Part shown: piece after piece, positions 62,403 to 64,000 of the stretch
Numbering within the stretch: position 1 is the stretch's first letter
Layout: every line of letters starts with the position of its first letter
Source of the DNA: Cyanobacteria bacterium P01_A01_bin.123
GTDB lineage: Bacteria > Cyanobacteriota > Cyanobacteriia > Phormidesmidales > Phormidesmidaceae
Assembly: GCA_039815185.1 (NCBI GenBank)
Contig: JBCBZT010000018.1
Span: 32,001-96,000 of the forward strand
Length of the DNA: 64,000 nucleotides
Direction of reading: 5' to 3'
Notes under the pieces: model-generated
Databases searched by the model: none
The model's input: only the letters and a program-made list of their open reading frames with translations
What the model was told of the DNA's origin: nothing
Position numbers and translations under genes: made by a program

Positions 62403-64000
62403 TTACTCGGTCGACATTGACGCTTGCGGCAAAGAAATCGGCGGGAGGCCAGCCTCGTCATCCCCTTGATTTTCACTATCAGGGGGTGTAACAACAGGGG
62501 CTTCGGGTTGGACAGAGCCCGCTGGATTGGGAAACGTTTCTGCCGGGGGTGGCAACTTAGGCGAAATATCTATGTCTGGGAAATTGCTCGGATTATCGAC
62601 TTCGAGGTTAGGAGCCTCGCGGTCTAAAAGCTCGTTGTCATCGTCTGCACTGGTCTCTAGGGGTGGGTTAGAGATCTCATCATTGGTCGTTTCAGGTTGA
62701 GATTCGGCGTTCGAGGGCGGGGAGGAATTGACCGGGGAAATCGGTGCAGTGTTGATATTGTGTGGGTTGGGGTTGGTTTCGAGGGGCCCATCATAGTATG
62801 AGTTAAAGTCTGATGTGTCTTCTACGATGGGCCAGTTTGATTGGGGTGGAAAGGCTTGTTCTGGGTTCAAGCGGATGCCTGAAGTTTGAGGCAGGGCAGA
62901 AAAGCGCAGCATACTGCCGAATCCAATGCCGAGCAACCCTGCGATACCGGCTACCGATAGTATGATCGGTATTCGCCTGATGGTTGGTTGATTTCGGGGT
63001 TGCGCTGGCTTGGGAGTTATTTCGGTGGGCGTGGAGGATGGCGTGGTGGTGGCTCTGCCAGACGGGGCTCTAGCCATTGCAGGCTGGAGGTTGATGGGAC
63101 GAGACTCCTGACTACTGCTGCTGGTTTGAGGGGGTAGCTCGGTGATTACCTCTCCGGTGATTGTCGTTGAATTGGGGTGGGAAATTAAAGCGGGTGATAA
63201 GGGGGCTGTAATGTTAACTGGGGATGCTTTCGGCAGTCCTGGCAATTTAAGCCCGATTGCAGCCTTGGCGACGCTAGAGGTTGCCGAGTCTTGGGGTTGG
63301 CTCGCTTCAGCTTGGCGGATCAATCTGGGCTCAATGGCTTGAGAGAACTTTTGGAATAAATCTAACTGGTTGATCCGGCCAGAGGATTCACCTGCAGCGG
63401 GTGAAAGGGCTGTCCTGATTGCTTGAATTAAGGTGTTACTGACGCTGGGTTGAAGTTGCTGGACTAGCGCTAGTTGGTGTTCAACTGGCGCATCAGATAA
63501 GACCCCTGTGAGTAGATAAATCAGCAATATGGCTGCAGTTCTTGCATCTGCCCCGTGTTGAAATGCTGCCGTCAACGTCGATGGAGATGACTTTGGATAA
63601 TCGTTGAGGCCCCCCGGAAATAACCCTTTGGGGCGGAGGAGTTCTGTGATGTAAAGGCAGTGAGTCTTGGGCTCGAATCGCAGACTTTGAGGATGGAGGT
63701 TGACCTCAGGTAAATGTAACTGATGAGAAACCTGAGCGCCTCCAAGCAATCGATCGAGATGATGCAGGGCTTGAACTTCTGTAAACGGCTTTGCCCGGGC
63801 TAGATATTGGGCTAGGGTTGGCGGATAGGCGGGTTGCACCAATACCAATTCACCCTCTGCTTGAAAGGCGGCTAGCGGTGTCAGAATGTTGTACTGCTTG
63901 TGAGCCAGTTGGTTTAGTTTTTCAATGGCTGCGATGTAAGACTTTGCGGCTTCAGTTTGGTCAGGGCTATCAGGCGCGATCGCGGCAATGGGCTTTAACC
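62403..64000 (-). CDS. kinase-like N-terminal region, one TM helix and Pro-rich tail; 5' end beyond the window
   Basis: Frame stays open from 63848 to the window edge; YLLTG-type helix; TM IILSVAGIAGLLGIGFG; no HRD or DFG. Confidence 0.7.
   Translation of the reverse strand, partial: LKPIAAIAPDSPDQTEAAKSYIAAIEKLNQLAHKQYNILTPLAAFQAEGELVLVQPAYPPTLAQYLARAKPFTEVQALHHLDRLLGGAQVSHQLHLPEVNLHPQSLRFEPKTHCLYITELLRPKGLFPGGLNDYPKSSPSTLTAAFQHGADARTAAILLIYLLTGVLSDAPVEHQLALVQQLQPSVSNTLIQAIRTALSPAAGESSGRINQLDLFQKFSQAIEPRLIRQAEASQPQDSATSSVAKAAIGLKLPGLPKASPVNITAPLSPALISHPNSTTITGEVITELPPQTSSSSQESRPINLQPAMARAPSGRATTTPSSTPTEITPKPAQPRNQPTIRRIPIILSVAGIAGLLGIGFGSMLRFSALPQTSGIRLNPEQAFPPQSNWPIVEDTSDFNSYYDGPLETNPNPHNINTAPISPVNSSPPSNAESQPETTNDEISNPPLETSADDDNELLDREAPNLEVDNPSNFPDIDISPKLPPPAETFPNPAGSVQPEAPVVTPPDSENQGDDEAGLPPISLPQASMSTE

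Overview
Chromosomal window of a filamentous, probably non-heterocystous cyanobacterium (dense HIP1 GCGATCGC octamers, hetR, Yfr1, flv4-2, vipp1; a Leptolyngbya/Nodosilinea-like assignment is inference). 1-7.6 kb: surface-glycan/exoprotein cluster (TIGR03032-TPR-glycosyltransferase fusion, methyltransferase, GT9, filamentous-haemagglutinin-like protein) ending at tRNA-Glu. 7.8-12.3 kb: core genes. ~12.9-32.2 kb: plastic accessory region with a family of secreted internalin-like LRR genes (4 intact, 2 pseudogenes, 1 tail remnant) and five copies of a ~49-bp conserved leader, plus a flv4-sll0218-flv2 operon whose flv2 has an in-frame TAG, and a chimeric deletion scar. 32.5-64 kb: mostly core genes, including cruA, hetR, a signal-peptide PatX-like protein with five RGSGR motifs, guaB3-Yfr1-trxA, amiC, def, grxC and eda. 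Most notable: the pentavalent RGSGR precursor next to hetR, and the birth-and-death LRR array. All family assignments are by eye from recalled motifs; no database search was run.
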